From: Trichoplax adhaerens
Lineage: Eukaryota; Animalia; Placozoa
DNA: 64,000 nucleotides
Direction: 5' to 3'
Assembly (NCBI RefSeq): GCF_000150275.1
Contig: NW_002060954.1
Coordinates: 1,736,001 to 1,800,000 of the forward strand
Positions 40,601 through 53,087 of this stretch are shown piece after piece (position 1 is the stretch's first letter; each line of letters begins with the position of its first letter). The notes under the pieces are model-generated. The model was not told the origin of the DNA. It worked only from the letters and a program-made list of their open reading frames with translations, and did not search any database. Made by a program: the position numbers and the translations under genes.

Positions 40601-41416
40601 TAAGTTGTTGTATGATTTGGCAACATCAGGATGAGTCTGACCAAGGGCTGACAATCGAATTTGGAGTGACTTCTCAAACATAGAAATCGCCTTATCCCAA
40701 TTGTTCTGGCTAAAGTAGACGTTTCCTAGACTATCATACGACGTTGCCACGTCAGGATGATTATAACCAAGAACTGATACCTGAATTTTGAGTGATTTCT
40801 CATACATAGAAATGGCCTCTTCACTCTTGTCCTGACACTGGTAGATATCCCCTAGGCTACTGCATGACTTGATGATATCGAGATGATTGCGACCAGAAAC
40901 TGATAATTCAGTTTTGAGTTCCTTCTCAAGCATAGGAAGAACCTTGGCTATGCTTTGAGAATCAGTAAAATCTACATACAAAAAATTCTCGGTATCTACA
41001 CCCTCCTTGTCTAACAAATTTAATATTAAATCCTGAAATTTCATTTGATCTTCCACTGCCCCATTCCCGCCTCCTCGTAATTGCTTAATACCACCTTGCT
41101 TGTCTAAGCATTGAGCAATTAATAATTCTTCCTGTAGCTTTTCAGCTAGTTCTTGTGCTTTTTTACGGAATTTTTCTGCTTTTATGCATTCACTTCGCTT
41201 TATGTATATATCCACAGTAAGTAGATAAATGTTGCATTGAAGTCGATCAAGATCAGCATCACTTGTACTTTGGGATATCGTCTGAATTTTATCCAAGGCT
41301 TGTGTATAGTAAGATAACGCTTCACTAAGATTGCCAGATTGGTGATTAACGAAACCTTTATTGAATACAGATATTATATCCTCAGGGATAGTAAACTTGA
41401 TCGGTTGATTCTCCAT
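37619..41416 (-). CDS. Single-exon TPR protein (~26 kinesin-light-chain/nephrocystin-3-type 42-aa TPR repeats)
   Basis: 1265-aa ORF with period-42 consensus HPDVA.SYNN.G.VY..QGK.EEAISMY.KSLKI.LS.LG; no other domain recognised. Confidence 0.93.
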   Translation of the reverse strand: MENQPIKFTIPEDIISVFNKGFVNHQSGNLSEALSYYTQALDKIQTISQSTSDADLDRLQCNIYLLTVDIYIKRSECIKAEKFRKKAQELAEKLQEELLIAQCLDKQGGIKQLRGGGNGAVEDQMKFQDLILNLLDKEGVDTENFLYVDFTDSQSIAKVLPMLEKELKTELSVSGRNHLDIIKSCSSLGDIYQCQDKSEEAISMYEKSLKIQVSVLGYNHPDVATSYDSLGNVYFSQNNWDKAISMFEKSLQIRLSALGQTHPDVAKSYNNLGKIYQSQKKYKVAISLYKKSLKIKLSALGDNHLDVAASYDNLGIVYGDQGKHKEAISMLEKSLKIRLSALGHNHPDVTQSYNNIGTIYRKQGKLEEAISMLEKSLKIRLSAHGHNHPDVAASYYNLGWVYCDQNKYEKAISVFEESLKIRLSVYDHNHPDVARSYNSIGIVYRNQNKHEEAISMYEKSLKIYLSTLGSNHLDVAALYNNIGNIYYNQGKYEDAISMYEKSHKINLSVFGHEHDDVAKSYNNMAVVYQEQGKHEKAISMHNKSLKIQLSVFGHNHSDVAMSYNNLGQVYSIQKKYEEAIEMFKRSLKIQLSVLGDKHPHVAISYKNLGNAYAHLCKSEDAITMYERALKIQLSVLDHSHPDIANSYSNMGHVFFHQRKFEEAISLYEKSLKIQSSVSSNPHLAESYNEMGNVYFRQGKHDDAISMYKKSFKIRLSVLGHNHPEVAKLYSNIGMVYSDQGKHKEAISMYKQSLKIRSSVFGEDNIEVANSFSNLADEYAKQESHEEAISMYEKLLNIQLSVLGHDHPQIADSYINLGNEHFKQGKHEEAITMYEKSLRIELLVHKGDHPHIADIKDNMGIVYAIQNKHEEAISMHKKALKIRLSTLGHNHPKVAMSYSRIGTAYMNQGNCEQAISMYKKSLEVKLSVLDDNHPDMARSYKDLGNAYFKQGKHEKAISMYEKSLKIHKSTLGDNHTDVAQSYSEIGNIYYAQRKYEEAFSNYEKSLKIQILVTDCDDHNLAMAYNNIGLSLYELEKDDEAISMHEKSLKIRLSLFGHNHHQVAHSYSSLGICYRRQGKYKEAISMHKKSLEIRLSVQGHNHPDLVMTYVNIGNVYLDQGKYEESISMYKNSLKIQLSILGDNHSDLAAIYNNMGNAYFKQGKLKEAISTYKKLLKVQCSFLGHNHPSIADSYSNLGAIYCDQKNHEEAISMFKKSLRIRRLVLDHNHPAIASLYFAIGQLYEDQGKHEEAALMHEKFFEILSSETF

Positions 41417-42854
41417 GTTAAAATCTGAAACACTAAAGCGATATCGGTAATAGTTAGTGAATGTGAAACAGTTTTATCCAGCAACCTCTAACACGGGTAA
41501 ACTGAAAAAACTTAGTAGCAAACTGAAGATCACTTCTATCTACGTTAAGACTTCAGTGGTTTTTTCCTCCCGTGGTCGGTTTTAAGACCGCATCAAGATT
41601 ATAAAACTTAAGCGCAAACTGTGGCAAAAAAGCTATTTGCTATATGTACTTTGTATATTTAATTAGGAAGAATACAAGACCGTTGTACGAGTAGGGAGGG
41701 TCCTAGTCGTCATTTAGTACTTCCAAAATACTCGTCAACAATTTTCTGTTATTATTCCGTAAGAGCTGCGAAGTACTGTTTAGTAGAGAGTAGTTTTAGT
41801 AGCTAAACCATCCAGATACGGAAGTTAATCGCTCATAAGCAGATTAAAATATGCCAAAGCAATGGGTTCAATGATCATTAGGTTCAGTACATCTTCATAC
41901 AGTAAATTAGTAAGTTTCGGTTTCATTATCCACACAGGCAATGAGTATTATAGTAATTCCGCAGTATCACGTTACTAGTGATATCTTTAGTGACCATGAT
42001 GTTTCTTCTACGGATATAAAATACATAAGCTTGTTCAAGCTAGGTTAGTGATAGTAGTCTCTGACCTATAGTATCATGGATTCAATCCTCACTAAAGATT
42101 CCTACAGATACATATTTTGGAGTACACTATCATTCGATGTTTAAAATTCATGTAGCACTGTGAATCATTTACCATACCCCAATAATCCGGTCAGTAGTAG
42201 GACTACATTAGAGTAGTGCAGTAATTTATCATGTTCGTTATCATGCCTAGATGAGATAAACGTTTAACCCTTAAGGTTCGCGGTCCGATAACGTAAAGTT
42301 GGGGTTTTTAAAAGGATGCCGTTTCATCATATCAGTCAAAATTAAGAGTAACTTTATTAGAAAATCCGAGTATTCTACGTCACATAGTGCTTTCATTCAT
42401 ATTACTATCAGACTTTCAAAATATATAACTACTGTAATTATCTAAAATCATTGCATATTCTTTAGTATCTTCAGCAGTAAACAATACGGTATCCCAATTA
42501 GCTTCAGTTATAATTATAAATTCTGGAGCAGTAACAGATGTCGAAGATTTTAAGTCACTCTCTCAAGATTAACCGCTTATTTGAATCAATTTTAGTCTAA
42601 AATTGTAAATTTTGAACGGCGTTAATGAAGATTTTAAATCGCTTACTCAAACATTTATTTCTAAAAATTAGAGTGCTTGTAGTAAATATCATATGCGTTG
42701 CATATGGTAATGAAATCAGAAATTTAGATATAAAACTAAATTCTGCCATAGTAAACTGTATCGAAGCTATGCTATTCCCTTCGAAATTTATTTCTAGCTA
42801 CCAATACAATGCATGCAATATACGCGTAGATATGGCAAAACCTGAAAACGTTTA

Positions 42855-43630
42855 ACCATAATTTATAAACTTTGGCAAAAATTTGCACGACCACTAAGAT
42901 TTTATTTGATGTACCGATACTATATTTGCGGTTCTTGATTCTTATCTGTCTATTTTTTTAGCGAACAGTAATGTTAATTAGTCCCTTCTCGTGAACGTAT
43001 CAGTCTAGATCTAGAGCCTTCTTTAGTCAATGGAGCTAGTTGGCGTAATACATTAAATAAACTACCTGTACATTAGATAATTCACGTAGTGTTTGTCCTA
43101 TATAAACTAAACGTGAATAAATAGCTCTCTAAAAAGAATATTCCACGACCTTTCTTTAATTAGCCTACTTTACATTCACCGTATATAGTGCTTTAGATAT
43201 AGCAATGCAAGTTTTATCTCTAAAACGAAATTCATCTCCCATTAATTTATAATTCATCTGTTTCAAGTTACAATGTTCCGTGCATTCTAATCATTGTATC
43301 AAAAAACGTTATGAGTTTCTTATATCATGTAAAATTTGTATCCATCTCCTCTTTTTCTAAGAACGTAAACCAATATAATATATGTAGGTACATTGCTTAT
43401 AAAAATAGAAATAGAAAGCAGATATTTTTGTTTTTCTCATTAAGCAAAGAGAAGATGATACTGGATTCGGTAGTATAATATTAATTAGTGTTATTCATAA
43501 TACTAACTACGGTACCGGATACGATGTATTCCTTGTTTTACCTACAGCATGAGTAAATGTTCGCTCATATTCGGGCTACGTAGTACTTATTTATAGCTTA
43601 TTTTTGCCTTGGAAAATATAAGAGAGGCTT
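42855..43630 (+). repeat. Segmental duplication copy 2, left part (matches ~34190-34980)
   Basis: Collinear similarity from ATAATTTATAAACTTTGGCAAAAATT to AAATATAAGAGAGGCTT. Confidence 0.85.
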
Positions 43631-46439
43631 AAAGAGCACGTCTGTTAGTGAAACGACGAGGCATCTTTACTTTATCACTACGTCACTCCTATCTAATTTT
43701 AATACGAATAACCGGCTAACAATGAAGAACCAATCCCTAAGTGAATTCAAGCATTGCCTGTTATTCTGGTTATTAACAAAGTTGCCGTTAGTCATAAAGC
43801 GGCATTCTAGCTGATCTGCGTCATGTAGCTCTTGATTTAGAAAAATAATTCAAATGAAAGGTGAAATAAATGGTGCGAATGCAGTCTAAATTTTAAATTT
43901 TACTATGATAATTGTGAAACTTCAAGGCTCATGTTGCAGGCAGGCAGCAACCGAGGTACCTTGCCGTCAACATGACTCGAGGCGGACCACCATCATTTAC
44001 CACTCTAGTATTTATTCTATAAGCTAAATCTATTGATTCAACTATCAAATACATATTATTTATACTTAAGCACATACAATTCTGGTAAGAATTATATAAT
44101 TTTTGTGTAAAATAAATTAAAGTCTAGTCTACATACACTTAACTACTTATAAATCTGATTATACACTTTTACTAACATGACTTAGGGGAAACAGTTTCAC
44201 TATTTTCTACGACAGAAGACAAGCACCCGCATAATATAGAAAGCGTGACGGAAAGTCATAAAGTTAGTACATAAATAATTTAAAATGTCTAAAAGTAATA
44301 GGATGACTTCAGCGCTAGCTGTAGGGTTTCCAACGTAGATCAAGTTAATAATGTTATTCAGTTATGAAAGAAAATTCCCATAAGTATTAAGAAATACATA
44401 CATAGACTATGATGTCTCGCTTAGACAACTTGATGTCCATCTTAAATGCCGAATGGGTTCATACCCCACTGAGTTGCTAAACAAACGGTTAAAAAATCGC
44501 AATAAAAGAAGGCCTCTCAGATCAGGTGAATTATATTATAGTTGCCAGATTCCAATTGGAAACAGCCATGTATTATGGTGATGTCATTATCATGATCACG
44601 TAGCCTAGAAAAATAGTTGTCCAATGATTATATAAAGAATATTATTGTCTTAAAATTGTTACCAGAAGTAGTTCCAACGGACTATACGATTGAAAAGCCG
44701 CTTTAACTTGTGAAAAACATTAGTTTTTCTTTAAAAAGGTCGTGTTTTCATCTATGTACTCTAATATTAATTATAGATTAAATATATAAGATCTATATCA
44801 TTTCTAGGCAGTATTCGCAGTTAATTAAATTGCTAACAATTATCAAATTGACGAGATAGATGATACTGACACTTAAAACTTAAAACCCCTCCATACCTAG
44901 TATTCCAAATTGGCCATATGTACACTACAGTACTATAAATAAACAGAACATATATTTGGATAAGACAGCGATGGCATTATGCAATAAATCTGTTTTTTTT
45001 AATTCTGCGATAATTCTAATCTCAAATGGTTCGAAGTAAAACAGTTTATTACGAGTTTCTCGTTAACAGAAACCAGCTACTGTAGACTATAATCTCAAGT
45101 GTGAAAGACAATCTGTAATGCGTTACTTTAACTACTTATATCCTTAGCCTGTTTACAACCCGAAGATCATAAACAAGAGTTACTTAAGCAGCATCTATTA
45201 ACTACTAGACTCAGTATAAGTACGAAAATTCTACGATTACTATGGTTTTCTATGAAACTTAAACTGTAGTATCCTTTGTACTTTGTAATAACAACATAAA
45301 TATACTTGCACTTGTTATTACTAACTCTATAATGTTGATAACGGTACTGCAACTTACACAATAATATAACATCATCATACATTAGAGTCCAACAGTTTTA
45401 GGATTATAAGTATTTCTTCTTTTACTTATTTGAAGCGATGAAATTAATAGTAAAACCTGATATATAACAAAAATTACTTACATTGCGAATTTTCTAAATA
45501 TTGATGGTAAAACATTTAGAGGTACACAGCATATAGCGATGATAGTCTGACCCCTCACAATGCAAGTAATTACGAAATGATCTATGTGTGCAATATACAG
45601 TAATGATTTCCTGAGCCTTTATACATTTCAGAAGGCGATGGATATCGCTGATGTTATGTACGTAGATTTAGAAATGTTGTAGCTACCAACTTTAAGCAAG
45701 TCATTTCAGATGATAGGTACCATATTAATTGTTCCTGCACCATTTTTCTTTGCAATATGCCCAATCCCAACTAAAGCAATCTGACTAAAAATCTTAACAG
45801 GATCCAATTACATGCTTACGGATAGGGATTCTACCTGGGTCAACATTTTAGATGTTGGATCTTAACATCATAGTAAATATCATATCGCCCAATAACAAGT
45901 CGAGACTGGAACACTTAAAGAATTGAGTTCTTCTTACTCTAATTCTATTTCAATTGAAAACGGCGGGAATAGTTCTTACTGCTGCTTTTACAAATAAACA
46001 GAATCACCACTGCAAGTGGCTACCGGAACTATCACTATGTAGATGTTTACAACTAGGTAATTGTAGCTTAATCTATAACATTGATTGCGATATTAAATCA
46101 TTCTTATTATTAATGATACTGATGGGTTATTCAAAATCAAACAGGATTACTTACGCCAAGAAAGTAATCAAAAGATAATAATGCTCCTATATTAATCTAT
46201 TTCATAAATAAAGGCAGCTGAAACCAAAGTCATCGAAACGAAATATCTCGAAAGAATCCAATTCGTAATCTAGCTGATTAGAATATATCCATGTTGTTAT
46301 TCCTAATATTGTATCTTAAATATGTTCCATAGCTATCATTAATCTCAGCAAGTATCTGTCTCATATTTTGCACAAACCCTTGTTTTGCAGCCTTTCATGC
46401 GTGGCTTATAACACTTTTAGTAGTGACTAAGATGCGGCT

Positions 46440-46785
46440 TTATAAATTGGTTACAAATTAAAAAGAAAGAATTGATATATTCGTATTCAATGCTATCTGC
46501 ATTTTTCACATACTCTCTAAAAATCCTTATACTGCAGTTCATCGTGCGTATCCCATAAAACTTCTAATAGCGATCAAAGTGCGTCCTTACGAATTGGTCA
46601 TAAATTAAAAGGGAAAAATTGATGCGTTCTACTCACGTCTTTCTCATACTCTCTATCAACCCTTATACTGTAGTATATCATTTATTTCCTATAATACTTG
46701 TAGCAGTGATTAAACTGCATTTTTACAAATTCGTCATAAATTATAAAAAAAGAATTGATGTATTCTTGTTCAATTCTATGCTAAT
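46440..46785. repeat. Degenerate ~145-bp tandem repeat, about 2.5 units
   Basis: AATT(G/C)GT(T/C)A(T/C)AAATTA..AAA.AATTGAT at ~46445, 46592 and 46727; CATACTCTCTA..A.CCTTATACTG.AGT at ~46509 and 46645. Confidence 0.7.
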
Positions 46786-47564
46786 TAAAACAGTAGATAG
46801 GGTCAATACTCTGTTAGCTTTTGTTACTATACCGGTACTACGCAAATACGTTAAAATAGATCTACAATATAATGATTTTAGACAACGTCTAAAGTCTATC
46901 TGATGTTGGTGAACGAGTATAACAATCTAAATTGAATGACTTAGTTCATGAACCTAACAAATACTTTATAATAATATGATGTGACGACGACGACGAAATT
47001 GAATACTGATCAACGCTATCAATTTAGAATAGATGTAATGTCCAGTAGTGTCGAGAGCAATTTGGTCGAGATAGTTTTTTAGTGCGTTATTACTCTATTT
47101 CTACTCACTGGATTATTTTTTTCTGCTGTGTTTAACTGTTCAATTATATAAAAAATTAATGTTTTAATAAAGGAAAATTTTTTAAGTCTTTATTAATGTA
47201 ACAAAGGTGATTAGTTCAATAGGAACATCCACTGTATGAGCTATTTAGATTTACAACACGCAGTAATTCTAGGCTGCTACAATAGTAACAGCTTGTAAAT
47301 TGAATCACTAAAAGCAAGTTGAAAGTAATAACCTGTTTCAGCTGCTGAGGACGCTCTATTAGTTAAGTTAACTCTTTTAGCTACAAAAGTACTATACTCT
47401 GTGAATCATGTGTAAGACAAATTTCTATTTTGTTTGTATCCTTTGTTTATCATGTGATAGAAAAGACTATTGATGCAGAAAGCCACTCAATTAGATACTC
47501 ACTATACTGCTTAGAAGTTTTGATGCCAGTATGTAGCAACATGCAATTATCGATTTGACTAGCC

Positions 47565-48545
47565 TGATTCGGCTACTGTGGAAGACGGTATAAGCTGAGT
47601 TATCATAATTGCTATGAAATCAGTCTGAATTACACGTACGCGTATTAATGTTTTCAATAGGTCAGATCTCTATTTGACATTTCTCATTAGTCCGCGATAG
47701 CATAGACTTCTTAATATATTAAGACGCTAGTCATTGATTTAAAAACAAACTACTTGGTAAGATTACCTACGTGCTACTCTCTCCAAATTATTCAAGCATA
47801 AATCTTGATCGATCAAGTTCTAACACTTTATGCTTTTAAAATGACATCAGGTAATAATTTAATGCTCTATTATTCATGGCTCTAAATTACACTTTGCCAC
47901 GTCAGTAGAATCAAAAAATATTAACCATTAATAAGGAAAATGAATGCTCTGTTTATGGTATAATAATTTCGGCATACGTGCACCACGTAGGCTAACAAGT
48001 GTAGTGAAAATGTTGCTAAAAATTGACAAAAGTGCAACATATTAATAGATTTTTTTATTTTTAGAATATCATATTGTCATTATTTTAGTTTATTTTATTA
48101 GCTTTTAGACATGTTAGTAAATTCTTTATAGACTAATAAACACCAGACTGAGTTAGGGTTTATTGTAATTCGATACTATTTTTACCTCTATTCAAATTCT
48201 GTGCCTAATTTAATGTCAATAAAATACTTCTAAATTTAACCAATTACAAACTACGCGTATACAAGAGGAGGCCGTAGCCTTAGCTATTATCGCTTGAATG
48301 ATCTACATTTAACACTACGTTAACAGGAAAGTTTCGAAATATTAATTTTTTTATTGTCTATCATAAGTACTTACCTTTAGCAGATAGAACAGTCACTTTT
48401 AGAAGATCAAAATCTTTAATTAATGGAGTAAAATCGATAGAAATTGACCTAAAAATGAACAATTTTGCAAGCCAGATGTGGCACACATGTTTTGAAAACG
48501 TATCCAAAATTCATGACTAAATTATTAATCACTTTTAGAATAATA
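47565..48545 (+). repeat. Segmental duplication copy 2, right part (matches ~35060-35965); ends ~540 bp upstream of GGCX paralogue 2
   Basis: Collinear from GATTCGGCTACTG to ATTATTAATCACTTTTAGAATAAT. Confidence 0.85.
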
Positions 48546-49087
48546 AAGATATTGACTTAAGAAAACAATGATCACAATTATAAAGGAAGGATATCCCTTT
48601 CTTTCTTTATTGAATACACGTATGTAGTATGGTATAAGCTAGTGGAAATAAATTACCCTGTTTAGAGACTTTCATTCTATCTGACTTCCATCAACTTTTC
48701 ATTCTTTCAAAGCTATATCGTAAGGGACAGTTCTTTCAATATTACTTTACTAGCAAGGTAATACTAAAAAATTTTTAGAGTATTGTGGAAAATCCGTATA
48801 ATAGTGAATCATTTTTTATTTCGATATAGACTTAAATACCGATTATCTTCACCTTATCTATTGATCTGTAAAATATCGATACTAAACAAAGAATATTTTA
48901 TAAAAGAGCTGTAACTTAATACTTTTGTAGTTACAGTCAGTTGATTTATCAACTATATACGTAAAAGAAAATCGATGTCAGTTTATGATTTATCAGATAG
49001 TGATATAGTCTGGCTGCCATTACTAATACGTACTTATAAGAATTCTATTTAAGCACTACTACATTCAATATCAATTACACTACCTGG

Positions 49088-52000
49088 ATGGCACCATCTA
49101 ATCCAGGTATTTTTACAATTTCAAAATAAATTCAGTATTTGTCAAATTTGTCACTACTTTATCTTTTAATATTTTGAAAACGCTTCGATAGAAAAAATGA
49201 CATCCAGTACTCCAATTCAAGAAAATAGTAAAGCTAAATGTAGTAATCAACTGAATCTAAAACATCTTAATCATTTGGATGGATGGATGCGGAAAGTCAT
49301 GGAGTTCCTATATCATCCAATTGATCCTTCGTCTCTCGGTATAACGCGTATTCTCTATGGTAAGAAATAGATTCATCCAAAACCATTGCAATAACTTGAA
49401 TCTATTACCGGCATTTAACGTGGAATTGAACGATTTTAATTCGTAAATATGAATTCACAATCCAATACCTGCCTAAGGAGATAATTTGTTATTAGTACAA
49501 CAGTAAGAGGTGATTGTCCAATAATTGAGAGAAGTTTGAAACTTAAATTCGGACAATTAGAATATAATTTTTAAGTTTTAAATCTCTTACTAAAACATTA
49601 GCGTCATGGGTAAAGTATTTACAGTAATTATAAATGATTATTTATAAACTCACTTAGCTAGATTACAATTGATACAATTTCTTATCTTTGATGAATTGAT
49701 AGGGGATACTTTAACTACAGCATTATTACGCGTAGCTGCAATGCTATAATACAACTTTTGTAGCCTTTTAATCTGTTGCTAATGGATTGTCATCGACAAT
49801 TAGGATTTTTAATGATTGTTGATACAACTCAAGAACGAGGAATGGAAAAGATTCCTTACAAATACAAAGACCCAGAAGCTTGTTTTTTCCCACTATTTAA
49901 TATACTAACACCGTTATCTGCCGATTGGATGCATGTAGTCTACTTATCGATGATTATTGCAGCATTCTGTATTTGCATTGGTTTTTGTTATCGTTTCGTT
50001 ACCATTTGGCTAGCAGTTTGCTATTGGTATGTTTTCCTCTTAGACAAGACAACATGGAATAATCATTCTTACTTGTTTGGTCTGTTTGCGTTATTCTTTT
50101 CTTTTACCAAAGCAAATCGATGGTGGTAAGTATTAACAATTTCTTCTAATACTATAATATTACGTGACTCATTTCATTGCATTCGATGCCAGTAATTAGC
50201 ATCATATTCACTTTAAAATTACTTCATTTCAATAATCAAGTCGGCCTTTGAGTGACTTTAATTTCAGCAAATTTGTAAATCTTACCTCTATTAGTGCGAG
50301 AGGATATCTACTCTACCTATAGCTATAAAAGAATTGTAAACATCTTATAGTAGTCCTTTCAAATTTTCCGATGAATAATAATCATAATACTTCCGAGTGT
50401 ACCTTTTCGTAAGATTAACTCAGTTAATTTCATAAAAATAATAATTAATCAATATATTTTACCGGAAAAATAGCATCAGCCTCATAATTTTAGTAGTTTT
50501 TGTAATTTCAAATAGAGATAACTTAATCTTTTAAAGCACACAGTAATCTCATCTAAATTTGAAGTTTAATTCATAGTACTAACAACAGCATCTAATAATA
50601 GAGCAGAAAGATTATAAAGCTCTAAGTAAATAATTGTAGTCAGGTATTGCCTCATTTAGCTACGTAATATAAATTCTTGAATTTGTCTGATACTTTAATT
50701 TATAACGAATCAACAGAATAGCTGGCTAAATTGATCCCTTAAAACTTTATGATTACAAATATGTGAAAATTTTAAGGAAAATTAACCCGTCATTGTCTAA
50801 TTTTATTTCCTTTCTACCTTACTAAATGATTCCTTTTACTATATTAAAATCATATATAAAAAATATTTTAGCTCTGTGGATGGAAAATTAGACCAGTCAA
50901 TTCGAAATACCCACATTCCTCGATGGCATCTAGCTTTATTTCAATTTCAGGTACAATTTCTAGGTTATTTAATTGCATTATGAGATGTCATAATATAAGT
51001 TGAGAAGGTCTTAATCCTTACAATAGCTACTGTTAGAGAATAGTCAAATGTAATTATTACAACTTTCAATTTGAAATATCATAAAATCACTATAAATTTG
51101 CTGATAAAGTAAATAATAAATTTATGGGTGCTAAAGATTTTGAGATCCCTTAGTTTCGAATTTACTCTCTTTATTGAAAGATCTTTCTAGTCTACTTTTA
51201 TGCTGGAATAAAAAAATTAGATCCAGACTGGATAACTGGTAATTCAATGGTATCCTTAGAAGCACATTGGGTATTTTCCTTATTTCACTATGTTCTAACT
51301 CCGGAGCAAGTTAACTTGTATATTGTTCATTATGGGGGATTTGCTTTCGACTTAATGGAAGGATTCCTATTATTTTTTGACATCACACGGCCAATTGGGC
51401 TACTGTTGGGATTTTATTTTCACTTTTCCAATGCTTGTATGTTTACTATTGGTATCTTTCCATATGCTATGTTAGCAACATTACCGATATTCTGTAGACC
51501 GGACTGGCCTAAAAGATTACTTGTAAAAACCCCACAACGTTGGCAACGCCATTTCATTATTGATGCACCTAAAAATTATTCCTCATCAGATTGTTATTAT
51601 TATGCTGATGAACGAAATAGCTCTGATCAGTGCACGAAAAATAAACCTAGTAAGCAAAGTACCGAAATCAAAGATAGTAATGAAGGCATTGCAGTAAACT
51701 CTGCAAAATTAGGAATTCGGCGCTTTACAAAGAAAAATAAATTTACGTTATTTGCTTTGAGCTGTTATATCGCTATTCAGCTCTTTTTGCCATTCTCACA
51801 TAACGTTACCAAGGTTTGTTTTTGTCTTTACTTAATCACAAAATTTTTAAATATAGTTATCGAAATTAGGTGAAACACTTATCGCGTTAATAGTCCATAT
51901 TTTAGTAGTTAAGTACTGTTTTTCAAAAGACTATTCCACGTTCGACATTGATCTATTTGTTTAAAATTATTTTCCATTAAACCTTAGGGATATACTGGCT

Positions 52001-53087
52001 GGGACGATCATGGTCTATATGGATACTCTTGGGACATGATGGTTCATACTTGGGCAACACAGCATGTTAAAATAACAGTCGTCGATCTTTCAAATGGCCG
52101 GCAATTTCATCTCAAGCCTTCTGTATGTTATAAATATGCGTTGGTTGTTAGATAATTATAGTGATACATTTATAGCTTTATACTGTCTATGAAAGTGCTT
52201 ACATACGGTAACCATGTCGTATTAACATGGTGTAGAGATTGTTTTCAATTTTATAGATAAATAAGAATTTTAACGTTTACTATTACATAACGATAATGTA
52301 GAGTTTCCTTGTTGGGTCGGCGAAATTCAGCGATCGTTGGAATTCTCATCCTGACATGATTAAGCAATATGCTACTTGCATCGGCCGCCGTGTGAAGAAG
52401 TTAGGTGTTAAACAACCCGCAGTTTATTTCGATATTTGGAAATCGATGAACCGTCGATTTAAACAACGAACAGTTGATCCATCTGTTGATGTGCTTGCAG
52501 CTCCATGGTCACCGTTTACCAAGACGCCATGGATGATGCCATTACTCAAAGACTTTACGTGGTGGAGATCGAAAATGGTTGAACTGGATGAGAAATTATT
52601 GAATGATAGTATTACCTTGTCAACGAATTATGTAGCTGATTTTCCGGGCTTTACACTGGAAAATTTTGTACCGGAAGTTTATCGAGTGAATTTAACAGTA
52701 TTACAAGGTACAGTACGCATTAGTGTTGGACAGAAAGGCCACAACATCGACGCTAATCAAACAGCAATTTTGCCAAATAATAGAACTCACGAAGTTCGCG
52801 TAGTATCCAAAGAACCGGCCAGCTATTACTATCTTTTCAGTAATATTACAATGGAAAAGATGATTGATCAAGAATTAAATAAGATTAACAGTACTGAAGA
52901 AACTGCCAAGAATGGTACTACTACATACTTAAAATCTATAAAAAAGAAATTAACTCCAATTTATCGCTTCATCTATCTCAAAGGACTTCTCTACTACCAT
53001 ATTGGCAACAATACAATCAACGCTTTAAGCAACATACTAAGAAATTGCAATTGCGATCAGAATTTGTTACCGACTAATAAACCTTAG
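49088..53087 (+). CDS. GGCX: Vitamin K-dependent gamma-glutamyl carboxylase, paralogue 2
   Basis: Micro-exon 49088-49106 (MAPSNP), same exon layout as paralogue 1. Motifs PIDPSSLGITRILYG, LDKTTWNNHSYLFG, VYFYAGIKKLDPDW, GLYGYSWDMMVH, VYFDIWKSMNRRFKQR, VADFPGFTLENF. Confidence 0.95.

Noticed and set aside
41920-42230. Minus-strand VVLLLTGLLGYGK* and IILIACVDN resembling Walker A/B of a decayed NB-ARC upstream of the TPR gene
   Set aside because: The motifs are in frame and plausibly spaced, but about six stops lie between them and I recognise no other NB-ARC motif. Chance cannot be excluded without an HMM search.
597-53087. P4HA plus two GGCX genes as a functional peptide-modification cluster
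   Set aside because: They are separated by unrelated housekeeping genes and I found no Glu/Pro-rich secreted peptide precursor. Proximity alone is not evidence in an animal genome.
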